The translations under genes and the position numbers were made by a program. From Eledone cirrhosa (taxonomy: Eukaryota), in NCBI GenBank assembly GCA_964016885.1, contig OZ024740.1:391716001-391780000 (forward strand): a stretch of 64,000 nt of DNA, read 5' to 3'. Below are positions 1 to 11,979 of this stretch, piece by piece; position 1 is the stretch's first letter; every line of letters starts with the position of its first letter. The notes below the pieces were generated by a model, which saw only the letters and a program-made list of their open reading frames with translations, was not told the DNA's origin and did no database searches.

Positions 1-162
1 CTTGGGGAGGGTCATATTGTTGTAATAATATTGCCAGAATTAATAACAGAACACACTCACTGTTATTAATTCTGGCAATATTATTACAACAATATGACCC
101 TCCCCAAGCATAACAATATTTGTTTCGACACACGATTTCATATAAAAAACATCGCAAAACAA

Positions 163-172
<10 letters not shown>
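1..172. mobile_element. Fold-back end of a short PLE-type element (same family as 7250-7608); truncated by window start
   Basis: Perfect 49-bp inverted repeat 1-49/60-108 with a 10-nt loop. Motifs TTGGGGAGGGTCAT and AAGCATAACAATAT..GTTTCGACACAC..TTTCATATAAA are shared with 7251-7275 and 7553-7595. Followed by (CA)n(TA)n. Confidence 0.65.
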
Positions 173-210
<38 letters not shown>

Positions 211-326
211 ATAATAATAAATTTGAAGACTAAAATCCAAAGAGGGCTCGATAAGGTTTCAGAATATCCCGTTAAGGGTGAAAGCAGCGATTCTTTGCTT
301 AAACTTTAATCTGTTATTTTAATAAA
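211..326 (+). repeat. Local repeat unit, copy 1 (copy 2 at 664-840), with a degenerate hammerhead-like motif
   Basis: GAAGACTAAAATCCAAAGAGGGCTCGATAAGG...TTTCAGAA(T/G)ATCCCGTT(A/G)AGGGTGAAAGC...GCTTAAACTTTAATCTG occurs twice. Copy 2 has ~55 extra bases after GATAAGG. Confidence 0.8.
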
Positions 327-350
327 TATATATATATATATATAATAATA

Positions 351-454
351 ATTGTTTCTACTTTTGGCACAAGGCCAGCAATTACCCAATGCATTACTGG
401 TACTTTATTCTATCGACCCCGGAAGGATGAAAGGCAAAGTTAACCTCGGCGGGA
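351..454 (-). mobile_element. tRNA-derived SINE, 3' fragment (Octopus-type)
   Basis: Near-identical to 467-570 and to the reverse complement of 17521-17625. Confidence 0.85.
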
Positions 455-466
455 TATATAATAATA

Positions 467-652
467 ATTGTTTCTACTTTAGGCACAAGGCCAGCAATTA
501 ACCAGTGCATTACTGGTACTTTATTTTATCGACCCCATAAGGATGAACGGCAAAGTCAACCTCGGCGGGATTTGAACTCAGATCGTAAAGGGACGTAACT
601 ATGCTGGAAAGCATGGCGTCCGATCCTCTACCGATACTACCAATCCACCGCC
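467..652 (-). mobile_element. tRNA-derived SINE, near full length (Octopus-type)
   Basis: Minus strand reads GGCGGTGGATTGGTAGTATCGGTAG (A box-like)...GAGTTCAAATCCC (B box)...GGGGTCGATAAAATAAAGTACCAG...GGCCTTGTGCCTAAAGTAGAAAC, then an (ATT)n tail. Several copies in the window. Confidence 0.85.
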
Positions 653-663
653 TAATATGTAAT

Positions 664-840
664 AATAATAATAATAAATATGAAGACTAAAATCCAAAGA
701 GGGCTCGATAAGGATATATATATATCAAATATATAAGAACCCTAGAGCAAATATTTATTAAAATAACGGTTTCAGAAGATCCCGTTGAGGGTGAAAGCTG
801 CGATTCTTTGCTTAAACTTTAATCTGTCATTTTAATAAAT
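664..840 (+). repeat. Local repeat unit, copy 2 (see 211-326)
   Basis: Direct repeat of 211-326 with an internal extra segment. Confidence 0.8.
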
Positions 841-843
841 ATG

Positions 844-882
<39 letters not shown>

Positions 883-891
<9 letters not shown>

Positions 892-1134
892 TAAAGAATA
901 AAACAATGAAACAGTTCCTTATATTAAACAAAAAAAGTTCATTATTTAACGATCGTTTCTAGGATATATATGTGTTAGAATTGGCATGCATATTCAACAG
1001 ATCTATGTACAAAATTATACAAAATTATACAAACTATCAAGATTAAATATACATACCAACACATATATACGCCGTCTTCAGAAATAATGAAATATATTTA
1101 TTGATAATAACAACAATTCAAAATTTCAGGTCCG
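883..1134 (-). repeat. Inverted copy of the PLE1 pseudo-LTR, including an antisense hammerhead copy (~938-1091)
   Basis: Reverse complement of 6681-6940 apart from an 8-bp gap (ATTATTTG). Abuts the first RT codon at 1135. Confidence 0.92.
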
Positions 1135-3036
1135 AAGGATCATAAATCAAACTTTAACTCAAATCCTTCTATTAGACTTATATGTCCCTCCAAATCAGAT
1201 ATTGGAATAATTAGCAACAAAATTTTGGATAGAGTCATCCCACAAATAAGAAAACACGTTATTTTACCACTCTGGGAAAACACCTCCCAGGTAATTAACT
1301 GGTTTAAAAATATTAGATGTAAATCTTCCTCTTCATTTCTACAATTTGATATAGATAATTACTATTCTTCTATATCACCTATACTCCTGAACAAAGCATT
1401 GATATTTGCTAAAAATAGATCTAACTTAACTTTGGATGACATTAATATTATTACACATGCTAGACTAACACTTATTGAATTTCAGAATGAATACTGGACC
1501 AGAAACACATATAGTAATCTATTTGATATTACTATGGGTTCAAGCGATTTCGCCCAAATTACTGATCTTGTGGGCCTCTTTCTCCTTTTCAACATAAATG
1601 CCTCCTTTCCCCACCTCAAAGGTGGTTTATATCGTGATGACTGTCTTCTTCTTTCTAACAACCTTAGCCTTTCAGAAATTGAAAAAAACAAAAAACATAT
1701 TAGAACTTTCCTTAAAGACTATTATAATCTTCATATTACTTTTGAAAAAACAAGTAAAGTAGTAAATTTCCTAGATATAACTTTAGATTTAGCTACGGGT
1801 ATCTACCAACCTTACCATAAACCAAACCAAAACTTACATTACATACACTCACAATCTAATCACCCTAAATCTATCCTTAAAAACCTTGCATATAATATAT
1901 CACTTAGAATTTCTAACCTTTCTTCTAACCAAGATGTATTGGATAAAAATGCGACCTTCTATAACGAAGCTCTAGATAGAAGTGGCCACAAAAATAGATT
2001 AGAATATATACCTTCTACTAAAAATACTGAAAGCATACAACCTAATATTACCAACAAACACCAAATGAAAAGTACACACCTAAATGCCACCCACACTATA
2101 CCCCAAAATACCAAATCTTCTAATATAAAATATAGTAACTCTCAAAAAACTACTCATCATACAACTCTAATAAATATTAATAATAAAACTCCTAATAAAA
2201 AGGATAAAACACCTAAATCTACAAATATAACTAAAAATGGTTGTGGTGAGATCATTAACATTAATCCTCCTAGTAAACATCACGATACAACCTATAAAAA
2301 TAATAAAAATAATAAACAACATAGAAACCGTAATAGACGGGTTACTTGGTATAATGCTCCATTTAATTTACAAATTAAGGATAATATTGCTAAAAAATTA
2401 TTTTATATCCTAGAGAAAAACTTCCCGCCAAACCACAAATACCATCAAATCTTAAATAGGTCTACAGTTAAATTCTCATACTCTACAACAAATAACATAA
2501 AACAAAATATAAGTGCCTATAATGCATATAAATGTAAGAAAACCATAAGTATACCACCAGTACATCAAATTAACCATAATATCTCCTCAAATACAGAATT
2601 AACGAAAGGTTGTAACTGTAGAAACAAAGCAAACTGCCCATTAAAAGGGAATTGTCTTGTTAACAACATAGTCTATAAATGTAATGTTAAAACTAAAGAT
2701 TCTATTTGCTCATATATAGGAGCTACCTCTAACAATTTTAAGACAAGGTTTAATACCCACAAGCATAGTTTTAAAAATGCCGCACTGGCTAATACAACAT
2801 CTCTAGCAGAAAAAATCAATAGTTATAAAAATAAGAATATAGAATATGATTTGACCTGGAGTGTGCTCAAAAGAGCCACCCCTTATCAAAATAATAGAAA
2901 TGAATGTAGATTATGTTCCCAAGAACTATTTGAAATAATGAAATCTAAGGATATCCTATTAAATAAACGACAGGAATTAATTATATCGTGTAATCATAAA
3001 CTAAAAAAAACATTTAAATATTATAAACCTAATTAA
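1135..3036 (+). CDS. PLE reverse transcriptase + C-terminal GIY-YIG endonuclease (5'-truncated, frame otherwise open)
   Basis: Frame is open 30 codons upstream of the track's TTG start: KDHKSNFNSNPSIRLICPSKSDIG. RT motifs FDIDNYYSSI, FDITMGSSD, GGLYRDD, VNFLDITL, YHKPN..YIHSQSNHP. Cys linker CNCRNKANCPLKGNC. GIY-YIG-like IVYKC..SYIGAT..FKTRFNTH..CRLC..E..LLNKR..CNH. Confidence 0.92.
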   Translation, partial: KDHKSNFNSNPSIRLICPSKSDIGIISNKILDRVIPQIRKHVILPLWENTSQVINWFKNIRCKSSSSFLQFDIDNYYSSISPILLNKALIFAKNRSNLTLDDINIITHARLTLIEFQNEYWTRNTYSNLFDITMGSSDFAQITDLVGLFLLFNINASFPHLKGGLYRDDCLLLSNNLSLSEIEKNKKHIRTFLKDYYNLHITFEKTSKVVNFLDITLDLATGIYQPYHKPNQNLHYIHSQSNHPKSILKNLAYNISLRISNLSSNQDVLDKNATFYNEALDRSGHKNRLEYIPSTKNTESIQPNITNKHQMKSTHLNATHTIPQNTKSSNIKYSNSQKTTHHTTLININNKTPNKKDKTPKSTNITKNGCGEIININPPSKHHDTTYKNNKNNKQHRNRNRRVTWYNAPFNLQIKDNIAKKLFYILEKNFPPNHKYHQILNRSTVKFSYSTTNNIKQNISAYNAYKCKKTISIPPVHQINHNISSNTELTKGCNCRNKANCPLKGNCLVNNIVYKCNVKTKDSICSYIGATSNNFKTRFNTHKHSFKNAALANTTSLAEKINSYKNKNIEYDLTWSVLKRATPYQNNRNECRLCSQELFEIMKSKDILLNKRQELIISCNHKLKKTFKYYKPN

Positions 3037-3524
3037 TAACATTATTTTAGAAATTAATTTAATTTAAATGTTAGTTAACCTATAAATTTAATTTAATTAA
3101 AATTCTATTACAGATGAGAATATAAAATATTGTGTAATCATAAATTGTGAAAAACCTTTAAATATTACTAATATATACTTAGTAATTTAATTTATAGATT
3201 AATTTTAATTTATTTAAACCTTTTATTAAAATTCCTTTACAGATAAAATATAACAAAATATCGTGTATCCAATGACAGAGAAATAATTTTTAGTATTATA
3301 GACCTAATTAATATACATTTTAGAAATATATTTATAATTTGGTTTTAAATTTAGTCAACCTAAAAATTTAATTTAATTGGCTTAAAATTAGTATCCTTAT
3401 ACAGACGGATTGCAGAATGTCATGTAATCATAGAATGGGATGTGTTTTGGATATATACCTAGTTAATATATTCTTTGCAATTTTTGAAAAAATATGTATA
3501 TGTATGTATGTATATGTATGTGTA

Positions 3525-3573
<49 letters not shown>

Positions 3574-3588
3574 GTATATATATATGTG

Positions 3589-3619
<31 letters not shown>

Positions 3620-3760
3620 TAATTTTGATTTCTATTTGCATATAATTATATTCTGCTATTGATAAAATACAATATCTGTTTTATTTATTATATACCTAAT
3701 TAACATATACTATAGAAATTAATATATAATTTTTAATTTAGTTAACCTATAATTTATATT
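2981..3760 (+). repeat. Degenerate ~130-160-bp tandem repeats beginning in the last codons of the PLE1 ORF
   Basis: Anchor (G/A)TGTAATCATA recurs at ~2988, 3132, 3263 (diverged) and 3422. ACCTAATTAA recurs at ~3027, 3302, 3457 (diverged) and 3694. Confidence 0.6.
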
Positions 3761-4169
3761 CTACTACCGATGTAATACTTTATTTGTTTTTTCCCTATTA
3801 CTAAATTCATTTCCTAATATTGATACCATAACGTTATTAACTTTAATTTAGTTATACTATAATTAATACTCTACTACTATTTAACTTCAAAATTCTGCTT
3901 CAAATATTATAAACCTAACTAATTTACACCTTAGAAATCAATATGTTAACTATCTTTAGTTTAGTTAACATATAATTAATGGTATACTTATTTATTTTGA
4001 AATGCATAAATTTTGCCTTATTTCTTGTATTTCCTAACACTGAAACTATGTAAAAACATACATTGGATCCAGATACAGATAATATTCTATGTTTCTTGAA
4101 ACATATATTTACTATAATCCCCTTCTCCAACCCCCCCTTTCCCCCATACTATTATCTTCTGTGTTTGTA

Positions 4170-6110
<1,941 letters not shown>

Positions 6111-6723
6111 CTTGATATATTTCTTTTTTCTTTTTTCTTTTTCTTTTCTTTCCTTTTTAATTTTTATTTTTTATTTTCTTAGTTTATAGATACATCTATA
6201 ATAAGCAGTCTGCCCAAACCGTTGAATACTGACCTCTCCCCCCCTCCCACCTAATTTCTGTATCTTGATCTAAATGTGTGTGGCAGTGTTTATGTGAGTG
6301 AATTAATATCCATGTGCTTATGATATTATATCCACATATATATATGTGAGTGGGGGTGTGTGTGTGTTTGTATGTTCGTAATTATGTGTATGTTTATGCA
6401 TATACGCGCGCGTGTGTGTGATTGTACGGATATGTGGGAGTATGTGAATATGTGTATACACTTATTTCATATTTATGTGTCTATACGCATCTTATCTGTG
6501 CATTATAGACTTACAGAGACATTAACCTTGAAATTTTGTATTTGCATCCATCCTTTTGGTATGCGTATACATGTTGAGCATACATTTTTGTAAAATATGT
6601 GTAAGGGTAGTTACATGTATATACACACACCGAACTGCATATAACCTTTTGTATTTTCATTGGTCAATTTTGTTCCCAAACGGACCTGAAATTTTGAATT
6701 GTTGTTATTATCAATAAATATAT

Positions 6724-6877
6724 TTCATTATTTCTGAAGACGGCGTATATATGTGTTGGTATGTATATTTAATCTTGATAGTTTGTATAATTTTGTATAA
6801 TTTTGTACATAGATCTGTTGAATATGCATGCCAATTCTAACACATATATATCCTAGAAACGATCGTTAAATAATGAA
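6724..6877 (+). ncRNA. Type I hammerhead ribozyme in the PLE1 pseudo-LTR, with extended stem II
   Basis: Stem I TTCATTATTT/AAATAATGAA (10 bp); core CTGAAGA; stem II TATATATGTGTT/AACACATATATA closed by GG/CC; GAAAC-GATC-GTT (minimal stem III, palindromic loop, GUU site). Confidence 0.75.
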
Positions 6878-7071
6878 CTTTTTTTGTTTAATATAAGGAA
6901 CTGTTTCATTGTTTTATTCATTATTTGTTTAATATTTTATCTTGACTCTGTATACCGTTTATCTTTCACCGAAAGTGATTTTTCATTACATCTCTTCTTT
7001 CCATGATATCCGGAATACATTGAGTTCTTCATACGGATTGGACACTACCGTAAACTCTTGGTAGATTTATC

Positions 7072-7130
<59 letters not shown>

Positions 7131-7155
7131 ATATATATATTTAAAAGTTAAACAA

Positions 7156-7249
<94 letters not shown>

Positions 7250-7254
<5 letters not shown>

Positions 7255-7606
7255 ATACTTTGGGAGGGTCATGTTGCCAATAAGAAACACACACAGCAGT
7301 TTTTTCACTTCAATTTATTATAATAAATTTATAAATTTAGGAATTTATCAATTTCCAGTTGGTTGGTTGGTTCCACAACCAGATGATTGTTTATATAGTG
7401 TCAAAGATCTTTCGTCACACATTCTGTGACCTCTTCAGTGACTGGGGATTCTTTTCTTTGCTTTGTTTTTGTGCCTCTCCTTTGTTCTGTCCTACGCCAT
7501 CTTGTTTATTTGTGTGTTGTGACACAAAAACAAGATGGCGCAGGACAGAACAAAGTATAACAATATCGGTTTCAACACACCTTTTCAGATAAAGAATTCA
7601 GAAACG

Positions 7607-7608
<2 letters not shown>
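7250..7608 (-). mobile_element. Short non-coding fold-back element with a hammerhead (PLE pseudo-LTR- or retrozyme-like) inserted in (TA)n
   Basis: Hairpin 7480-7515/7522-7555. ATTGTTATACTTTG at 7249-7262 is inverted as CAAAGTATAACAAT at 7551-7564. Hammerhead at 7399-7442. Long (TA)n on both sides. Confidence 0.75.
7399..7442 (-). ncRNA. Minimal type I hammerhead ribozyme
   Basis: Minus strand: GTCA-CTGAAGA-G-GTCACA-GAATG-TGTGAC-GAAA-GATC-TT-TGAC. Intact core, 6-bp stem II, palindromic AAAGATCTTT stem III, 4-bp stem I. Confidence 0.8.
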
Positions 7609-7664
<56 letters not shown>

Positions 7665-8120
7665 TAAAAAGAGAAGCAGGGGGAACCTTAGCACACAGTC
7701 ATATTAATTTCATGCTTGTGGGAAAAGTCTGAAATGTGGGGAAAATATCTCAACTTATCGGACCATAGTCCTTCTGGAAAGATTAAACTGAGGAGAAAGG
7801 GGAGTTCAAAAGTTGTAGGAAAAAAATTGGTTTGGGAGAGAGGTGGCCAGGTCAGTACGAGTGTAAGTAATCAGGCTTGTGTGGGCGTGTACAGAAGTAC
7901 CAGTGAAATATCCGGGTCTTTATTGGTGCTGGTATGCTGGTATGTGTGTGTAGATAAGGTGCAATGCGTGAATGCGCGTAATGTTTTTTGTTTGCATGTA
8001 TGTGTTGTAGAGGTGTATATTTTGTTCGTGATCGTATGTGTATATCTAAGTGTATTATTAGTGCGTGTGTGTGTATCTATGTGTCTTTCTGTGTGTATAT
8101 GTAACTGTTTATAAGTGAAC

Positions 8121-8234
<114 letters not shown>

Positions 8235-8575
8235 GTATAACAGAGTATTGTAGTTTGCTTGAAGCTCTTTTATTCTGGGTCACAGTGTCCTGGAGAATTT
8301 TACAAGACAAAACAAAGCAAAACATGTGAAATTACATGGCCTGGAGAAATACATATAGAATTAAATGTTCGATATTTATGTCGAACAATATGTGACTAGA
8401 CCCATGGAGATGGAAAAAACACAGAGCGTTTGACGCGCAGAGATAAAAGGTTTAGCTGGAAGCAACCACTACCACAGGACGGTGTGAAAAACACCGAGAC
8501 GAAGAACGAGACAATAGTCACGTCATAGAAAAGGAACATCGTCGCGGTAAAATGGTGCAAGGAAAACAAAAGAGA

Positions 8576-8609
<34 letters not shown>

Positions 8610-8612
<3 letters not shown>

Positions 8613-9121
8613 TAAAAGGAAAAGAAAATGCTGACAAATTGTTCCCAGTGAAAAATAGTTTAATTAGGAATAAGTAAAAATTAGTAATAGTATTGTTTAG
8701 TATTCAGTTTTGGTTTTAAGTTTTACCGGTTGCGTATTTCTAATGCTTTTCAAAAATAATTTTGAGATAGAGCGCCCGTGATGTTTGCTCTAATCTGATT
8801 AGTTTTGGAATTTCTACCTGTTTTATGTAAAAAAAAAGTGGCTCCAGATGTATGAAAAAATTCTTGTGGTCAAAACAATTTTGATTGGTCGGTAGAGGTC
8901 ATGTGAATGTTAAAAATTGATTTTGCGCCAAATGTAGGTTTGTCACGGCTGATTGAGAAGTCACTGAAAAATAAGTCTTTCAAGACAAATATGTGTGTGT
9001 GTGTGTGTGTGTGTGTAGTAGTAGTAAAGAGGTTCGTTGTTGTGATAATGGTCAGCAGGGATGTGTGTGCGAACCGCAGCCTGCTGACAGTTCAAATGCC
9101 TATTAAGACAAGTGTGTGTGT

Positions 9122-9183
<62 letters not shown>

Positions 9184-10965
9184 CAGAGTAATTCGTGGTA
9201 GAGGGATCGGACAGTAGGAATGTGTCTGTCCGTGTGTGGGGGATATTTTAACCATTTAAAAGATATTTTTCAGCTCTTGTCTTATACGGAGAAGTGTGTG
9301 TGTGTGTGTGTGTATATGTCTCTTTGTATGTTAATGTACGCGTGTGTGTGTGTAAATATATGTGTGTCTGTGTGTGTGTGTGTGTGTGGGTGGACCAGTA
9401 TTTTTGTGATACTGGTAAAAATGGTGTACATTATTCGATATTTTCAGTAAAAACGATTCTCTCAATAGAACATCAAAAACCTTAATAATGAAAGGTGTGA
9501 AATGATATATAGTATTGGCATAAGACCAAGGTGTGTGTGAGTGACCAGATTGTACGTACTGCAAGGGGAATCCATTAGGCCTTGCCGTATTGGAATACTT
9601 GTGTACAAATATGTATGTGCCCATCAGTGTGCAATGCATGTGTGCGTATATGTATGTGTGTGTGTCGGCACGTTTATATCTATAGACATCAAAAGGTATG
9701 CAAATTTGTGTATATTTGTGTTGCACCATAGAACATGTGTGTTTACGTATGTCATTGTGTTTATATGTGGATAGAGATGTATGTAGGATGTATGCTGATG
9801 TAGGTATGTATGTTGACGTGTGTATGTTGTGGGTTCATCTTAGGGAGAAGTGTTTAGACGGGGTCCGTATTTGTTAATAAAGTGAGATTCCTTGCTGATG
9901 CGCTGGGTGTGGGTGGCATTATCTTTAAATTTGTAGAGGGGAAAGGTTCTGAAGTTGGGATGATTTTGGGCGGCACAGGTATCAATGTGTTCACTCAGTG
10001 ATATTTTCCTGTATTCCCGTATTTTAATTTGGGATCTATGGACAGTCATGCGTTGGCGGAGGCTGTTTTTGGTCTGGCCTATGTATTGTTCTCGACAACC
10101 TGAGCAAGTTAATACATATATTAGATTTTCTGATGCGCATGTGAAATTGTGTTTTACTATAAAACGTTGTCCTTCTTTGAAATAGAATTCCGAACCCTCT
10201 ATTAGGTTGATGCATATTCCACAGTTGGGTCTATCGCATTTTTTTACTGTGGGTTTCGTTGTTGTGGTTGACAGTACTTTGGCATGTGTTAGGATGTTTT
10301 TCATTGACTTAGATTGGCTTTTGCTCTTTATGATATCGTGTGTTAGTAGGATTTGGTTCATTCTATGGTCCTTTTTTAACACAGGGATGTTCTGGAGGAT
10401 GGTGTCAAAGGCCTCATTGTTGAGGGGGTTGTGTGTGGAGATGTATGGAAGAGCTTTTAGTTTCGGTTGATTTACTTTAGGGTGTCTAAGGTCCTGGGTA
10501 CTGAGTTTTAGGGCACGTTGGATTCCATTGTCAATTAGTGATGCAGGGTAGTCCCTGCCTATGAGTGTGTCCTTGAGTTCTTGTAGCCGTAAGTAACAGG
10601 TGTTTTTATTGGAGACTATAGTACAGATTCTCTTGGCTAAGTTGTATGGAATATTAATTTTAACGTGTCTAGGGTGGCAAGAGTTGAAAGGAAGATATTG
10701 CTTGGAGTCTGTGGGCTTGTGGTATATGTCTGTTTCTATTTTTTTGTTATGGATCTTAATGAGGATGTCGAGGAAGGGGAGTTGTTGATGGCTGTATTCC
10801 ATCGTGAAGTTAAAATTCGTGTTGAGCCCATTTATAAGGGTGTGAAATTCTTTAAGTTTCTCGATGTTTTCGTGCCAAAGGATGAAGAAGTCATCTAGAT
10901 ATCGCTTCCAGTTCCTTTCTATGTGTAAGTGGAGAGTGTTTCCAAATTTATTTAGTACTTTACAC
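8610..10965 (-). mobile_element. Penelope-like retroelement 2 (Neptune-like), 5'-truncated
   Basis: RT thumb + GIY-YIG ORF. The 3' end is placed at ~8610 because 8610-8796 recurs at 14811-14985 with the same (TA)n junction. Confidence 0.8.
9840..10962 (-). CDS. PLE RT (C-terminal part) + Cys-rich linker + GIY-YIG endonuclease, 5'-truncated
   Basis: Frame extends upstream of the track start through NWKRYLDDFFILW...NFNFTME. Then LPFLDILI, TDIYHKPTDSKQYLPFNSCHP, CDRPNCGIC and NLIYVLTCSGCREQYIGQT..LRQRMTVH..E..LN. Confidence 0.9.
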
Positions 10966-10976
10966 TTCTATTCTTT

Positions 10977-11010
<34 letters not shown>

Positions 11011-11013
<3 letters not shown>

Positions 11014-11355
11014 GGTGGGACAGAATTCATGACTCGCTTGTTAGTTATATTTCTTAACATGCTATATTTTATTGTTATTGTATTGTTTTAATTTATTATT
11101 TTATATCTTAATATGCTTAGCAGGTTTCTTAATTTATATTTTTTATTTCTTAATATCCCTCACGAGTTTTTATTATTTATTTATTCTAAATTTGATTAAC
11201 CATGGCACATCCTTTGCTAAGCTTGGAAAAACGTGTTCAATGTGTGAGATTATTAATTAAATGCGTACATGTGTGTGGTTACCGTATCTTGTTTTATAAC
11301 ATTTTGTGTTAATAGATCTATAAATAATCAAGTGAGTCATGAATTCTGGCCCACC

Positions 11356-11358
<3 letters not shown>
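11011..11358. mobile_element. Tc1/mariner-type MITE (348 bp)
   Basis: 30-bp TIRs CAGGGTGGGACAGAATTCATGACTCGCTTG / CAAGTGAGTCATGAATTCTGGCCCACCCTG (2 mismatches), TA on both sides, no coding capacity. Confidence 0.9.
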
Positions 11359-11403
<45 letters not shown>

Positions 11404-11412
11404 GTATACATT

Positions 11413-11493
<81 letters not shown>

Positions 11494-11505
11494 TTAAATG
11501 TATAC

Positions 11506-11539
<34 letters not shown>

Positions 11540-11545
11540 GTATAC

Positions 11546-11643
<98 letters not shown>

Positions 11644-11652
11644 ACCTTTATA
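11359..11652. repeat. (TA)n tract with interspersed AAAGGTATACATTTA motif in both orientations
   Basis: Motif at ~11400; its reverse complement at ~11495 and ~11535, partial at ~11638. Confidence 0.9.
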
Positions 11653-11928
11653 TCATGTTTAACATATAGAAATAGCTTCGAAAAGACTAGAATTGTATAT
11701 TTTATATAAACTGAGGCTGGTGGATAATCTAGTCCAAGGTTGACAGTTCGTACTTTATTAAAGGCACTATGCAGTTTCTATGGTGAATATATTTTACTGA
11801 AACAGTGCACTTAGTCGTCAATAAGTATCATTAGTCACACTGAATAATTTGTTTCAATGCTCTAACGACTCTGAAACCCTATCTATACTGGGAGATGGTA
11901 AGCAATATCAATCGCGTGTCGTATAGTA

Positions 11929-11979
11929 CTGGTATATACTAGTATATACTGGTATATACTGGTATATACTGTTATATAC
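11929..11979. repeat. 10-bp minisatellite (CTGGTATATA), ~5 copies
   Basis: Seen directly. Confidence 0.85.

Noticed and set aside
560-652. tRNA gene
   Set aside because: The A and B boxes belong to a SINE head, there is no cloverleaf, and it continues into SINE body.
7556-7592. Second hammerhead-like motif CTGAAAA..GAAAC..GTT (minus strand)
   Set aside because: Invariant G8 is missing, there is no real stem II, and the homologous segment at 109-145 is further from consensus.
8720-8760. Hammerhead-like TTGAAAA..GAAA..GTA on the minus strand (also ~14905-14945)
   Set aside because: Two core positions are wrong in both copies and stems II and III are not convincing.
9985-10898. Plus-strand ORFs over PLE2 and the minus ORF 1482-1691 over PLE1
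   Set aside because: Antisense shadows of the RT/endonuclease frames.
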